Source: an uncultured Actinomycetota bacterium
GTDB lineage: Bacteria; Actinomycetota; Actinomycetes; Mycobacteriales; Jatrophihabitantaceae
Length of the DNA stretch: 64,000 nt
Assembly: GCA_963797785.1 (NCBI GenBank)
Contig: CAWCQT010000001.1
Coordinates: 2,494-66,493 of the forward strand
Direction: 5' to 3'
Part shown: positions 1 to 9,496 of the stretch, piece by piece
Layout: every line of letters starts with the position of its first letter
Position numbering within the stretch: position 1 is the first letter of the stretch
The notes under the pieces: generated by a model
What the model saw: the letters and a program-made list of their open reading frames with translations, nothing else
Database searches by the model: none
Told to the model about the DNA's origin: nothing
Program-made: the position numbers and the translations under genes

Positions 1-99
1 GCCTGGTCGCGGCTCGTGCGGCGCGAGGCATGCGGCGATGCGCCGTGGCGCGGCGTGACCAGCTCGACACCGCAGCGCGCGCGGCAAGCTGCGCGCCGG

Positions 100-516
100 T
101 CAACTGGCGCTCGGCGGCGGCAGCGCCTCGATGATCACGAAGGCCTGGGCGTAGGGGTGGTCGTCGGTGAGGCTGAGGTGGATGACGCGCGCTCATGCCC
201 GCCGGCGGCATGAGCCGCGCAAGCCGCTCCGCCGCGCCGCCGGTCAGCGCCATGGTCGGCTGGCCGGAGCGCAGGTTGACCACGCCCATGTCGCGCCAGA
301 AGACGCCGCGCGCGCAGGCCGGTGCCGAGCGCCTTGGCGCAGGCCTCCTTGGCGGCGAAGCGCTTGGCGTAGCTGGCGGCGCGGTCGGCCTTGCGCTCCG
401 AGCGGGCGCGCTCGACCTCGGTGAAGATGCGGTGGGTGAAGCGCTCGCCGAACCGCTCGAGGGTCGCGCTCGATGCGGCGGATGTCGGAGAGGTCGGAGC
501 CGATGCCGATGATCAA
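100..516 (-). CDS. acpS: holo-[acyl-carrier-protein] synthase (frameshifted in this sequence)
   Basis: Pieces join to [15 protein letters not shown]...[15 protein letters not shown]...[11 protein letters not shown]...[17 protein letters not shown] start overlaps the pdxJ stop. Indels are probably sequencing errors. Confidence 0.9.
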
Positions 517-1286
517 GCCGCCGCCTCGGTCGCGCGCGCCGCGTCCATCAGCGCGCGCATGCGCCGGATGGCCGGCGTCGAGGCCGATGAAGATCGCCTC
601 GCCGATCAGGAAGTGGCCGATGTTGAGCTCGACGAGCTCCGGGATGGCGGCGACGGCGCCGACGCGTCTCGTAGTCGATGCCGTGGCCGGCGTGGACCTC
701 CAGGCCGAGCGCGGCGGCCGTGCCGCGCGCCGCCTGCCGGAGCCGGTCCAGCAGCGTCGCGCGCGTCGGCGCTCGCCGCTCGCGCACCGCCTGGCAGTAG
801 GCGCCGGTGTGCAGCTCGACCACCTGGGCGCCGACCGCCGCGGCCGCGGCGATCTGCGCCGGGTCGGCCTCGATGAACAGCGAGACGCGGATGCCGGCGG
901 CCTCCAGGCCGCGCGACGCACGGGCGCGATGCGGTTGTGGCCGCCGACGACGTCGAGCCCGCCCTCGGTGGTCACCTCCTCGCGCCGCTCGGGCACCAGG
1001 CAGGCGGCGTGCGGGCGGTGGCGCAGCGCGATGGCCACCATCTCGTCGGTCACCGCCATCTCGAAGTTGAGCGGCCGGCCGCGTCGGCGCAGCGCGCCAG
1101 CGCGTCGATGTCGGCGTCGGAGATGTGGCGGCGGTCCTCGCGCAGGTGGGCGGTGATGCCGTCGGCGCCGGCCGCCAGGGCCAGCTCGGCGGCGCGCACC
1201 GGATCGGGATAGCCCTCGCCGCGCGCGTTCCGGATGGTGGCCACGTGGTCGATGTTGACGCCCAGGCGCAGCTTTTCGGAAGTCAT
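513..1286 (-). CDS. pdxJ: pyridoxine 5'-phosphate synthase (frameshifted in this sequence)
   Basis: [87 protein letters not shown], spread over several frames. Confidence 0.93.
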
Positions 1287-1632
1287 CCGCTCGTTCGTCC
1301 CCGTATTGGTGCGGTCCGACAGGAATGCGGGAAAGATCCGGCGCGCGGCACGCCGACCTCCGTCACCGCGATATGCTGGCGTTTGGCCGCTTCGACAAGA
1401 GCGGATCGCGCGTCCGCCCGCGGACGGCCCGCCTGCGGACTTGCCAGCGCCCGGAAAACCGACTATCCGCCGCCCCTCGCGTTCGCTCCGGCCGGGGGCT
1501 GAACGGACGGTGCCGCTTGCGGCATAGGGATCGTCAAGAACCCGTCGTCCGGTGTCTCCGCCTTCGATCAACCGCTCGGGCCTGAAAATGGGCTCGAAGG
1601 GCTTGGCGCCGAGCGTTCCGCGAGATGAACCG

Positions 1633-1668
1633 GCCCGAACCCCCGCCTCCGGCGGACGGGCTTCTTTT
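1633..1668 (+). promoter_or_regulatory. candidate rpsF leader hairpin (S6:S18 autoregulatory-type element or attenuator)
   Basis: GCCCG-AACCC-CCGCC-TCC-GGCGG-A-CGGGC hairpin with a C-rich internal loop, then TTCTTTT, about 20 nt before the rpsF ATG. Confidence 0.4.
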
Positions 1669-1687
1669 GACGACGAAAGGCCCAACA

Positions 1688-2133
1688 ATGGCTCTCTACG
1701 AGCATGTGCTCTTGGCCCGCCAGGACGTGACGTCCCAGCAGGTCGAAGCGCTGATCGACAGCTCAAGGGCGTGATCGAGCAGAACGGCGGCCGATCGCCG
1801 AAGATCGAGATTGGGGCCTGAAGTCCCTCGCCTACCGCATCAAGAAGAACCGCAAGGCTCATTTCACGCTGCTCAACATCGACGCCCCGCCGGCCGCGGT
1901 CACCGAGATGGAGCGCCAGATGAGCATCAACGAGGACGTCCTGCGCTTCTGACCGTCCGGGTCGAGGAGCATGAGGAGGGGCCGTCCGCGATGATGCAGA
2001 AGCGCGAGACGACCGCGACGACCGCGAGCGCGGCCGCGTCGTGACGACGCGGCGGCGATCGGCGGCGATCGGCGGCGACCGCGGCGATCGGGGTGATCGG
2101 CCCGCGCCGCCGCGCGTCGGCGAAGAGGGCTAA
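1688..2133 (+). CDS. rpsF: 30S ribosomal protein S6 (frameshifted in this sequence)
   Basis: [23 protein letters not shown]...[46 protein letters not shown], with an Arg/Asp-rich tail; alphaproteobacterial type. Confidence 0.93.
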
Positions 2134-2136
2134 ACC

Positions 2137-2392
2137 ATGGCATTCGGAGCTCTGGTGCGGGCGGCGGCCCGCCGCCCCTTCTTCCGTCGTCGCAAGATCT
2201 GCCCGTTCTCCGGCGCCAACGCGCCGAAGATCGACTACAAGGACGTGAAGCTGCTGTCAGCGCTACGTCTCCGAGCGCGGCAAGATCGTGCCGTCGCGGA
2301 TCACCGCGGTCTCCGCCAAGAAGCAGCGCGAACTCGCCAAGGCGATCAAGCGCGCCCGCTTCCTCGGCCTCCTGCCCTACGTGATCAAGTAG
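2137..2392 (+). CDS. rpsR: 30S ribosomal protein S18 (one frameshift)
   Basis: [29 protein letters not shown], then [40 protein letters not shown]. Confidence 0.95.
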
Positions 2393-2406
2393 GTCATCGA
2401 CACCCG

Positions 2407-2435
2407 CCGGCCCGGATCAGCCCGGGCCGGTTTCT
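2407..2435 (+). terminator. probable intrinsic terminator after rpsR
   Basis: CCGGCCCGG-atcagc-CCGGGCCGG perfect 9-bp stem followed by TTTCT. Confidence 0.55.
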
Positions 2436-2519
2436 CGCAGAGGGCGGCTCGCGCCGCCCGATGGTTGGGGCGCATCGCCGCCTCTAACCCTGCCGCAGCG
2501 GCGCGGGACAGCGGATTTC

Positions 2520-2835
2520 ATGGCACAGCATATCGGCATCGGTATCGGCGCGGGCCTCGTCTCGGCACTCCTGTTCGGGGTGCTGTTAAGGCGACGCCGC
2601 TGGCGATCCTGCTCTACCTCGTAGCGCCGTTGCCGATCCTGATCGTCGGACTGGGCTGGAGCCACAAGGCCGCCCTCGCGGCGGTCGCGACCGGAAGCCT
2701 CGCGCTCGTCCTGGTGATCGCGCCCTTCATGGGGCTGGCCTTCGGCGCCTATATCGCTTTGCCCGCGTGGTGGCTCGCCTACCTGAGCCTGCTGGGGCGC
2801 GAGACGCCGAACGGCCTCGAATGGTACCCGACCGC
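2520..2835 (+). CDS. DUF2232-like membrane protein, 5' part only (cut at junction)
   Basis: MAQHIGIGIGAGLVSALLFG...LLYLVAPLPILIVGLGWSH...PAWWLAYLSLLGR...LEWYPT. This is the membrane gene usually found between rpsR and rplI in Rhizobiales. Homology ends abruptly after WYPT. Confidence 0.7.
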
Positions 2836-3071
2836 CCGACCACCAACCCGGCAACCCATCCGCCATGGCCACCGAACTCGGGCTCCGAAACGTCGCCTTC
2901 GAAGTCGATGATCTGCACGCAGCCGTCGACCAGGTCGCCGCCGACGGCTACGGACTCGTGGGCGGCATCGGACAATGGGAAAACAGCTGGCTGATGGCTT
3001 ACGTCCGCGGCCCCGAGGGCATCATCGTCTCTCTCGCCCAGCAAGTCCGAGACCAATCCGCCGGAGCCTGA
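2835..3071 (+). pseudogene. VOC/glyoxalase family protein, 3' half only
   Basis: PDHQPGNPSAMATELGLRNVAFEVDDLHAAVDQVAADGYGLVGGIGQWENSWLMAYVRGPEGIIVSLAQ; N-terminal half absent. Confidence 0.75.
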
Positions 3072-3343
3072 CGATGCAGGCCGCTCGACAAATTGTCCAG
3101 CTCCTGGCCAGCGTCTCTGCGGCCGGGTTCGCCCACGGCTGAGGACGCTGGCCTGTGCCGTGCCGGGAATTCGATGTCTTGCAGCCGGTCGCCAAGTCGC
3201 GCGGTTGACGATCCAAGACTCACCGGTCCATCTTGGTCGCCCGTTGCACGATCGTCCTACGGCGCACGATGACCACCGCTGGCCGGAGCGCCAGACTGGC
3301 TGCGCGCTCGGCTCAGCCGCGCTCGGCGATGGCAAATGAGCCG

Positions 3344-3505
3344 ATGAGTGATCAAGTCCGGGCTCGTCCGCGGCCCGAACGACGCGTTGCTGCGGTCGAT
3401 CGCCTGCGTCTGAGCGGCAGTCTGTGGTTGGCAACATCGAGCGATCGCGGCCCACATCTGATTCCCGTGTCGTTCGGTGGGATGGCTCCTGTCTGACGAC
3501 GAGTA
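3344..3505 (+). pseudogene. pyridoxamine 5'-phosphate oxidase-like fragment
   Basis: SLWLATSSDRGPHLIPVSF, then after a frameshift WDGSCL; truncated. Confidence 0.45.
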
Positions 3506-3524
3506 GGTTCGAGAACAGGGCGGG

Positions 3525-3690
3525 GTCCGTCGTCTACACCGTCGGGCAGCGCGATCCACAAGGCCTGGCCTGGGCTCCGGACGGCTCGCGGTACGAGGCC
3601 GAGTTCGGCCAGGACACCCAGGACACCCAGGACGAGATCAATCTGTTGCGTCTGGGCAACGACTATCGCTGGCCTACCGACGTCGGTCAG
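3525..3690 (+). pseudogene. PQQ-dependent glucose/sorbosone dehydrogenase family fragment
   Basis: YTVGQRDPQGLAWAPDGSRYEAEFGQDT(QDT)QDEINLLRLGNDYRWP resembles the GHRNPQGLAW...EFG...DE.N.I..G.NYGWP motif. Internal fragment only. Confidence 0.55.
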
Positions 3691-4577
3691 GGCGTGGGCA
3701 GTCGGAGCCAGCCCGTCCGGTAGTGCCAATGCCCGCCCGCTTCGAGGTGATCGGCCAGGGCGCGCTCCAACGATGTCCTTCGGGGCAGCTCGGCGGCCGT
3801 GCGCCAGCGCCGGGCGAAGACGGCCTCGACCGTCGCCCGATCGGCTACCGGCACATCGGCCTCCGATACCAATGCGAAGCGACGTTGGAACCGGACGATG
3901 TTCGAGTCGGCGGCAAGGTAGTCGGCCAGCTGCGGGTCGAGCACCCAGGACACGCAGGTGGCGTACCGGCACGGTTGCTCCTCCGGGAAATGCCGGGCGA
4001 AGAACGTGGCAGCGGCGGTGAGCGACTCGTCACAGGACGCGGGCGTGAGCCGACCGCGCGGGATGTGAATGCCCACCGCGGGTTCACCGACGAGCGGGCC
4101 GCCTTCGGCGTCGAACCAGCTGCGTTGCCGTTCGTAGAGCAGCCGGCCGACGCGGTACAGAACGCCGCGGAAGTGTGCGGTCAACCACCGCTGGGCGTCC
4201 AAGCCGCCCGTGCCGTGGATCGAGCGGTGGTAGAACAACTGCGTCCCGAGTTCGGCCATGGTGGCCCAACCGATCTCCGGCGGGATGCCGCGCGCGGCGT
4301 GAAACTCTTGCAGCGCCGGCACGCTGCTCAGGAAGACCCACACGTAGAAGTAGCGCCCGTCAGGTCCCGGGATGTCGGGCCAGCCGTCGAGGGTGCCGAA
4401 GCCACCCAGGTCCGAGCGCAACTCCTGGCAACGGCGTTGAAACAACGACCAGTGCCGTGGGCTCCGGTACGGGTCCGGCCGCACGGCCAGGATCTCCTCG
4501 GCATCGGCCTGGCTGACGCCCAATAGCTCGAGCAGGGCACTGGCCCGCGACCGGTCGGGGACCTCGACGGTGTCCAT
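3687..4577 (-). CDS. acyltransferase domain-containing protein (NAT_N plus GNAT-like C-terminal domain)
   Basis: Intact 296-aa ORF with HAARGIPPEIGWATM, WLTAHFRGVLYRVGRLLYE, VGIHIPRG.LTP..CDESL, CVSWVLDPQL, SNIVRFQRRF. Confidence 0.75.
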   Translation of the reverse strand: MDTVEVPDRSRASALLELLGVSQADAEEILAVRPDPYRSPRHWSLFQRRCQELRSDLGGFGTLDGWPDIPGPDGRYFYVWVFLSSVPALQEFHAARGIPPEIGWATMAELGTQLFYHRSIHGTGGLDAQRWLTAHFRGVLYRVGRLLYERQRSWFDAEGGPLVGEPAVGIHIPRGRLTPASCDESLTAAATFFARHFPEEQPCRYATCVSWVLDPQLADYLAADSNIVRFQRRFALVSEADVPVADRATVEAVFARRWRTAAELPRRTSLERALADHLEAGGHWHYRTGWLRLPTP

Positions 4578-4585
4578 CGCCGTGA

Positions 4586-4915
4586 TCAGCCCTGGGCCCG
4601 GACGGGAACGACATCGATCTCGACCAGGATGTCGCCCAGGTGCGATCCGGCCGTAGTGCGTACCGGATACGGCGGGGCGAACAACTCCGCGTAGGCGGCG
4701 TCGAAGGCGGCCCAGTCGCGGTCGGAGTCCTGCAGGTGAGCGGTCACCTTGACCACGTCAGCCAGGGTCAGGCCGGCCTCGCTCAGGACAGCGTGGACGT
4801 TGCGCAGCACCTGCCGGGTCTGCTCGCCGGCCTCGGTGCCGCCGATCTCGATGCCCTGCGAGTAGTGCCCGCGGGGTGCGGGCGCGTGCTCGGTCGTCAG
4901 CGCGTGGACGGTCAT
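4586..4915 (-). CDS. RidA/Rid family protein with a short internal deletion
   Basis: APAPRGHYSQG, EQTRQVLRNVHAVLSEAG, DVVKVT, YPVRTT, LVEID; GAAAGG RBS. The usual ..SGQ.P.. segment after YSQG is missing. Confidence 0.8.
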   Translation of the reverse strand: MTVHALTTEHAPAPRGHYSQGIEIGGTEAGEQTRQVLRNVHAVLSEAGLTLADVVKVTAHLQDSDRDWAAFDAAYAELFAPPYPVRTTAGSHLGDILVEIDVVPVRAQG

Positions 4916-4943
4916 AGTTACCTTTCGGGTGGATGCGACAGCG

Positions 4944-5240
4944 TCAGCGGGCGATGATGCCGGCTGACAGGTCGACATCGGCGTCCAGGGCGAAGTTGCG
5001 GTCCATCCGCGGACCGCGGACCGGGCCGGGCGAGGCGGCGTTGACGGCGATGTCGTACTCGTCCACCTCGTGAGCCAGCGTCGTCGTCAAACCGATGACG
5101 GCCATCTTGGCCGCGGTGTCCGGCGTGCGTCCGGCCAGGACCACGTCCGCGCCGCCTGGTCGAGGGGCCAGGGCGATCGCGCGGCCGAGACCGCGACCGG
5201 CGCCGGTGACGAGCGCGGTGCGACCGATGAGGGTGCTCAC
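4944..5240 (-). pseudogene. short-chain dehydrogenase/reductase with large internal deletion
   Basis: TALVTGAGRGLGRAIA...DVVLAGRT is joined directly to AAKMAVIGLTTTLAHEV...VNAASPGPV. The central region and catalytic Tyr are lost. Confidence 0.8.
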
Positions 5241-6553
5241 GCCCCGGACGCCGCCACTGCGTCGGCCCATGGCAGCTCGGCGCCGCCGTACTTCGCCGCG
5301 CGGACGTCGCCAGATCGGGCGTGGCCCTCGAACTGCTCGACCCGGCTGGCCCGCCCGCACAGCACGCCGAGCTCGGCGCTGGAGTCGCGGTTGGTGACCT
5401 CCTGGTAGGTGACGGTCTTCAGGTACTTGCCGACCCAGAGTCCTCCGGTGTAGCGAGCCGCGCCCCGGGTTGGCAGTGTGTGGTTAGTGCCGATGACCTT
5501 GTCGCCGTAGCTGACGCACGTGCCTTCGCCGAGGAAGAGCGCGCCGTAGTGGCGCATGGCGTCCAGCGCGTCCCGCGGGTGCTCGGTCAGGATCTCGACG
5601 TGTTCGCTGGCGAAGGTGTCGGCCACCCGGTAGGCCTCGGCCACGTCGTCGACCAGGACGACCTGCCCGTGATCGCGCCAGGCGGGTTCGGCGAAGTCGC
5701 GAGTCGGCATGCCCGGCAGCAGCCGCTCGACGTGGTCCATTGCCAGCTCGGCCACTGTCCGGGAGCTGGTCACCAGCACCGCGGGTGAGTCCGGGCCGTG
5801 TTCGGCCTGGCTGAGCAGATCGACGGCAACGAGGAACGGGTCGGCGTGCTCGTCGGCAACCACGAGGATCTCCGTCGGGCCGGCGAACAGGTCGATGCCC
5901 ACCTCGCCGAACAGCTGCCGCTTGGCCTCGGCGACATAAGCGTTGCCAGGGCCGGCCAACAAATCGACCGCGCCGATCGTGTCGGTGCCCAGGGCCATCG
6001 CGGCGACCGCCTGGACGCCGCCAAGCAGGTAGATCTCATCGGCGCCGGCAAGGTGCATGGCCGCGATCGTCGCCGCCGGGATCTCGCCCCGGATCGGCGG
6101 TGTGCAGGTGACCACGCGGGGAACCCCGGCAACCTTGGCCGTCACTACCGTCATGTGGGCCGACGCGACCAGGGGGTAGCGCCCGCCCGGAACGTAGGCA
6201 CCCGCAGCATCGACCGGGATCGAGCGCTGGCCAAGGAACACCCCGGGCATAGTCTCGACCTCGAAATCGCAGAGCGAGCGGCGCTGGTGCTCGGCGAACG
6301 CCCGGACGTTGCCCTGCACGGTCCGGATGTCGTCGAGGACCTGGGCCGGCACCGCGGCCACGATCCGCTCGACGTCCTCGGCAGTGAGCCGGAACGACGG
6401 CGGCGACCAGGAGTCGAACTTTTCGGAGTAGTGCCGGACGGCGACGTCGCCCCGCTCGCGGATATCGGCGATGACGGCGGTGACGGTGTCCCGCACGTTG
6501 GGCGGCGTAATGCGGGCAGGGGTCTTGGCGGGTCGCTTCAGCGCGGTGGGCAC
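5237..6553 (-). CDS. histidinol dehydrogenase-like protein (HisD paralogue, HpsN-like subgroup)
   Basis: GTG start 6553 with GAGGAG RBS; YVPGGRYPL, GPGNAYVAEAKRQLFGEVGID, AGPTE, DLLSQAEHG, ASEH, SYGDKVIGTNHTLPT. Confidence 0.85.
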   Translation of the reverse strand: MPTALKRPAKTPARITPPNVRDTVTAVIADIRERGDVAVRHYSEKFDSWSPPSFRLTAEDVERIVAAVPAQVLDDIRTVQGNVRAFAEHQRRSLCDFEVETMPGVFLGQRSIPVDAAGAYVPGGRYPLVASAHMTVVTAKVAGVPRVVTCTPPIRGEIPAATIAAMHLAGADEIYLLGGVQAVAAMALGTDTIGAVDLLAGPGNAYVAEAKRQLFGEVGIDLFAGPTEILVVADEHADPFLVAVDLLSQAEHGPDSPAVLVTSSRTVAELAMDHVERLLPGMPTRDFAEPAWRDHGQVVLVDDVAEAYRVADTFASEHVEILTEHPRDALDAMRHYGALFLGEGTCVSYGDKVIGTNHTLPTRGAARYTGGLWVGKYLKTVTYQEVTNRDSSAELGVLCGRASRVEQFEGHARSGDVRAAKYGGAELPWADAVAASGA

Positions 6554-6599
6554 GGTCGATCTCCTCGTCGTCGGGCCGGTCTCTCGGCGATGCTGCACT

Positions 6600-6611
6600 G
6601 CATACGTATGC
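6600..6611. promoter_or_regulatory. LacI-type operator palindrome GCATACGTATGC
   Basis: Perfect 12-bp palindrome with central CG between the divergent HisD-like gene and the LacI regulator. Confidence 0.65.
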
Positions 6612-6634
6612 TGGTCAACGGCGAAGGGAGCCCG

Positions 6635-7627
6635 ATGGCGATCACCAGCCACGATGTTGCGCGCCGGGCCGGGGTCAGCCAGCCGACGGTGTCGCGGGCA
6701 ATGCGCGATCAGCTCGGGGTGTCGGCGGCCACCCGCCAGCGCGTCCGCGACGCGGCCCGCGCGCTCGGCTACGTGCCGCACAGCGCCGGACGTGCGTTGT
6801 CGACCCGCTCCAGTGGCCGGGTCGCGATCGTCAGTGCTGAGCTGGCCAACCCGTTCTACCCGGCGCTGGTCGGGCCGCTGCACAGCGCACTGGCCGGCCA
6901 CGGTTACCGCACCATCCTGGTTACCGACCGTGGCGACGAGCCGGTCGAACTCGAGCCGCTGATCGACGGCTCGCTCGACGGTGTCGTGCTGACCACGTGC
7001 GAGCGGCGCAGCACGTTGCCCGATCAACTGGCACGGCGCGGCCTGCCCTTCGTCCTTGTCAACCGCACGGTGGACGCAGTGCCGGCCGACGCTTGCGTGG
7101 CCGGCAACGGCGCCGGAGCGCGGTTGGTCGCCGACCTCCTGCTGGAGCTGGGCCACCGCCGGATCGCAGTGGTGGCCGGGCCGGCGGCGACGAGCACCGG
7201 CGCGCAGCGGTTGCGGTCCTTCCGCGACCGCCTCGGTGACGCCGGGGCCGGACTCAAGCCGCAGTTGGTCCGGCGCAGCGACTTCTCCGTGTCGGCCGGC
7301 GCGGCTGCCATGCGTGAGCTGCTGGCGATGCGCCGACGGCCGACAGCGGTCTTCTGCGGCAACGACGTGATCGCCCTGGGCGTCTGCAACGCGGCCCGCG
7401 CGGCCGGCGTCGACGTTCCGGGCGAGCTCACCGTCATCGGCTTCGACGACATCGCGGCGGCGGCCTGGCCCCTGGTCGGGCTGACGACGGTGCGCGTCGA
7501 CCTGGCGGTCATGGCCCGTCGAGCCGCCGATCTGTTGGTCGCGCGGATGGCCGACCCCACACGTGCGACCGAGCGCGTTGTGCTCGCCCCGGAACTCGTC
7601 CTCCGCGCGACACATGCGCATCGCTAA
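6635..7627 (+). CDS. LacI family transcriptional regulator
   Basis: ITSHDVARRAGVSQPTVSRAM HTH, YVPHSAGRALS hinge, NPFY, PTAVFCGNDVIA, VIGFDD, LTTV. Confidence 0.95.
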   Translation: MAITSHDVARRAGVSQPTVSRAMRDQLGVSAATRQRVRDAARALGYVPHSAGRALSTRSSGRVAIVSAELANPFYPALVGPLHSALAGHGYRTILVTDRGDEPVELEPLIDGSLDGVVLTTCERRSTLPDQLARRGLPFVLVNRTVDAVPADACVAGNGAGARLVADLLLELGHRRIAVVAGPAATSTGAQRLRSFRDRLGDAGAGLKPQLVRRSDFSVSAGAAAMRELLAMRRRPTAVFCGNDVIALGVCNAARAAGVDVPGELTVIGFDDIAAAAWPLVGLTTVRVDLAVMARRAADLLVARMADPTRATERVVLAPELVLRATHAHR

Positions 7628-7670
7628 CCTGCGCCGTTGCGGTGGACGGCCCGGACGACAGAGGGAAGAC

Positions 7671-8086
7671 ATGCCACGAGAATCGAAGGAGTTCACCGGC
7701 GCAGCGGTGATCGGCGCCGGCACGACGGGCAGCGGCATCGCCCAGGTCTTGGCGCGAGCCGGATTGCCGACAACTCTCTACGACGTGGACGATGCAGCGG
7801 GCCGCGGGTCCGTCCGATCGTCGACCTCGACGTGTATGCCGGGATCCTCGACGAGCTGGCCGATCGGCTCGGTGAGCGGTTCCGCCCGCCTGCTCTGGTG
7901 AGCCGGCTGACCACCGAGGGACGGCTGGGAGTGAAGGCCGGGGCCGGCTTCACCGAGTGGCCACCGGCGGCGGCGGAACGCGCTCGGCAGGAAGGGGATG
8001 TGCGCTTGTACAGCGCTATTGGCCGCCGCGCCGGGTCTGTGACTTCGTCTTGTCAGGTCGGCCAAGCGGCTCTACTATCTCCGTAA
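7671..8086 (+). pseudogene. 3-hydroxyacyl-CoA dehydrogenase family with large internal deletion
   Basis: AAVIGAGTTGSGIAQVLARAG..TTLYDVD (NAD-binding start) is joined out of frame to DLDVYAGIL...GRLGVKAGAGF (C-terminal end). Confidence 0.75.
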
Positions 8087-8095
8087 AGTGAAATG

Positions 8096-8117
8096 AATCT
8101 TCGATATATCGAAGATT
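8096..8117. promoter_or_regulatory. 22-bp perfect palindrome AATCTTCGATATATCGAAGATT, probable IclR operator
   Basis: Perfect AT-rich inverted repeat 23 nt before the ABC operon start; 16/20 match to 20913-20932. Confidence 0.7.
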
Positions 8118-8140
8118 ACTGAGGGAGCGGAGAGCGATCC

Positions 8141-9496
8141 ATGGACAGTCGCATCGACCACCCGGCGGGTATGGGCCGCCGAACCTTCCTGCAGGCCGTG
8201 GGCGCGGCCGGCATCGGTGTCGCCCTCGCCGGATGCGGCAGCAGCGGTGGCTCGTCGTCGAAGAAGGTCACGCTCTGGCTGACGCCCAATGCCTCCGATG
8301 CGGACATGGCGGCGTTCACCAAGCGCATGGCCACCGGGTTCGAGAAGTCCGACTCGGGGGCGAAGGTGTCCAGCCTGGTCATCCCGTGGGAGAACGCGCT
8401 GACCAAGTACACGGCGGCGTACTCCGGTGGAACGCCGCCGGACGTGACGTACCAGATCATCCCGTGGATGAACAAATGGCGGACGACCGGCGTGCTGGCC
8501 GACTTCAAGAAGCACGTGTCCGACTCGGACCTGGCCCCGATCCTCGACGGTGTGCCGAAGGGCTACCTGGACGCGGCGCGCGGGACTAAAGGCGAACTGC
8601 TGGCGGTGCCCTTCACGCAGAGCTATTTCTCATTGGTATTGAACGAGGACCTCTGGGAGCAAGCTGGCAAGCCTGAGCTGCCTACCACGTATGAGAACCT
8701 GATCGACTTCGCCAAGAAGTTGACCATCGACAAGAAGGGCCGCAAGCTCGGCGAGCCCGGCTTCGATGGCAAGAAGGTCGCGCACTACGGCATGTCTTGG
8801 CCGCTGGTGCCGACGATCCAGGACAACTACGTCTGGCAGTACTTCTGGTCCTACGGCAGCGACTACGTCTCGGCCGACCACAAGGACGTCGGCTTCAACA
8901 ACGACGAGGGCCGAGCTGCGCTGAAGGCGATGAAGGCGATGAGCGACTCCGGTGCGGCCACTCCGCCCGGGCTCTACACGGACACCAACAAGTGGGCCGA
9001 CGCGGCCTGTTCCGGTGCTGCCGCGATGCAGTGGACCGACCAGTTGACGCCGGCCCAGGCCAAGCAGTATCCGAAGGTGAGACTCAAGGTCATACCGCTG
9101 CCCGGCGGCCCGGCGGGTAAGGCAGTCGTGGCCGGTTGCGGCTATTGGGCGGTCTCGGCCAAGAGCAAGAACATCGACAAGGCATTCGAGTTCGCCAAGT
9201 TCCTGCTTAGCCCGACGCAGGCCGACGACTACATCCGGATGATTCTGGGGCGGCCGACTCGCAAGGTATCCGGCGACTTCTACTCCAAGCCGCTGGCCGA
9301 CCCGCGGATGAACCAACTCCTCAACGACTCGAACTCCTATAGCCAGTACGCCCGGCCGACGCTGGTCTTGCCGTTCCAGCCGCAGGAGTACCTGCTGGGC
9401 AAGATCAACGATTACCTCTCGGGTCGGCAGGGCCTGGACGCGATGATCAAGGACGCGTCCAACCAGATCAAGCAGATGGCCAGGACGGCCAAGTGA
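8141..9496 (+). CDS. carbohydrate ABC transporter substrate-binding lipoprotein (Tat signal)
   Basis: GRRTFLQ twin-arginine motif, LAGC lipobox, family-1 SBP features (GTPPDV, LLAVPF, PLPGGPAG, GYWAVS). Confidence 0.92.
   Translation: MDSRIDHPAGMGRRTFLQAVGAAGIGVALAGCGSSGGSSSKKVTLWLTPNASDADMAAFTKRMATGFEKSDSGAKVSSLVIPWENALTKYTAAYSGGTPPDVTYQIIPWMNKWRTTGVLADFKKHVSDSDLAPILDGVPKGYLDAARGTKGELLAVPFTQSYFSLVLNEDLWEQAGKPELPTTYENLIDFAKKLTIDKKGRKLGEPGFDGKKVAHYGMSWPLVPTIQDNYVWQYFWSYGSDYVSADHKDVGFNNDEGRAALKAMKAMSDSGAATPPGLYTDTNKWADAACSGAAAMQWTDQLTPAQAKQYPKVRLKVIPLPGGPAGKAVVAGCGYWAVSAKSKNIDKAFEFAKFLLSPTQADDYIRMILGRPTRKVSGDFYSKPLADPRMNQLLNDSNSYSQYARPTLVLPFQPQEYLLGKINDYLSGRQGLDAMIKDASNQIKQMARTAK

Noticed and set aside
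1286-1688. pdxJ divergent from rpsF as a novel gene order
   Set aside because: It lies in the error-rich, probably chimeric end and may be a second join; it cannot be judged without reads.
3612-3633. GACACCCAG tandem duplication
   Set aside because: Two copies inside a pseudogene fragment; a slippage scar with no evident function.
5237-6553. Calling this gene biosynthetic hisD
   Set aside because: No his genes are nearby, the context is catabolic and the motifs fit the HpsN-like paralogues, so no symbol was given.
5237-7738. 833-aa and 609-aa overlapping ORFs in the track, read as large fusion proteins
   Set aside because: Their extensions are antisense shadows of the LacI and HisD-like genes. 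RBS-supported starts are at 6553 and 6635. The same applies to 13390..15117, 15074..17077, 16983..18209 and 26638..28026.
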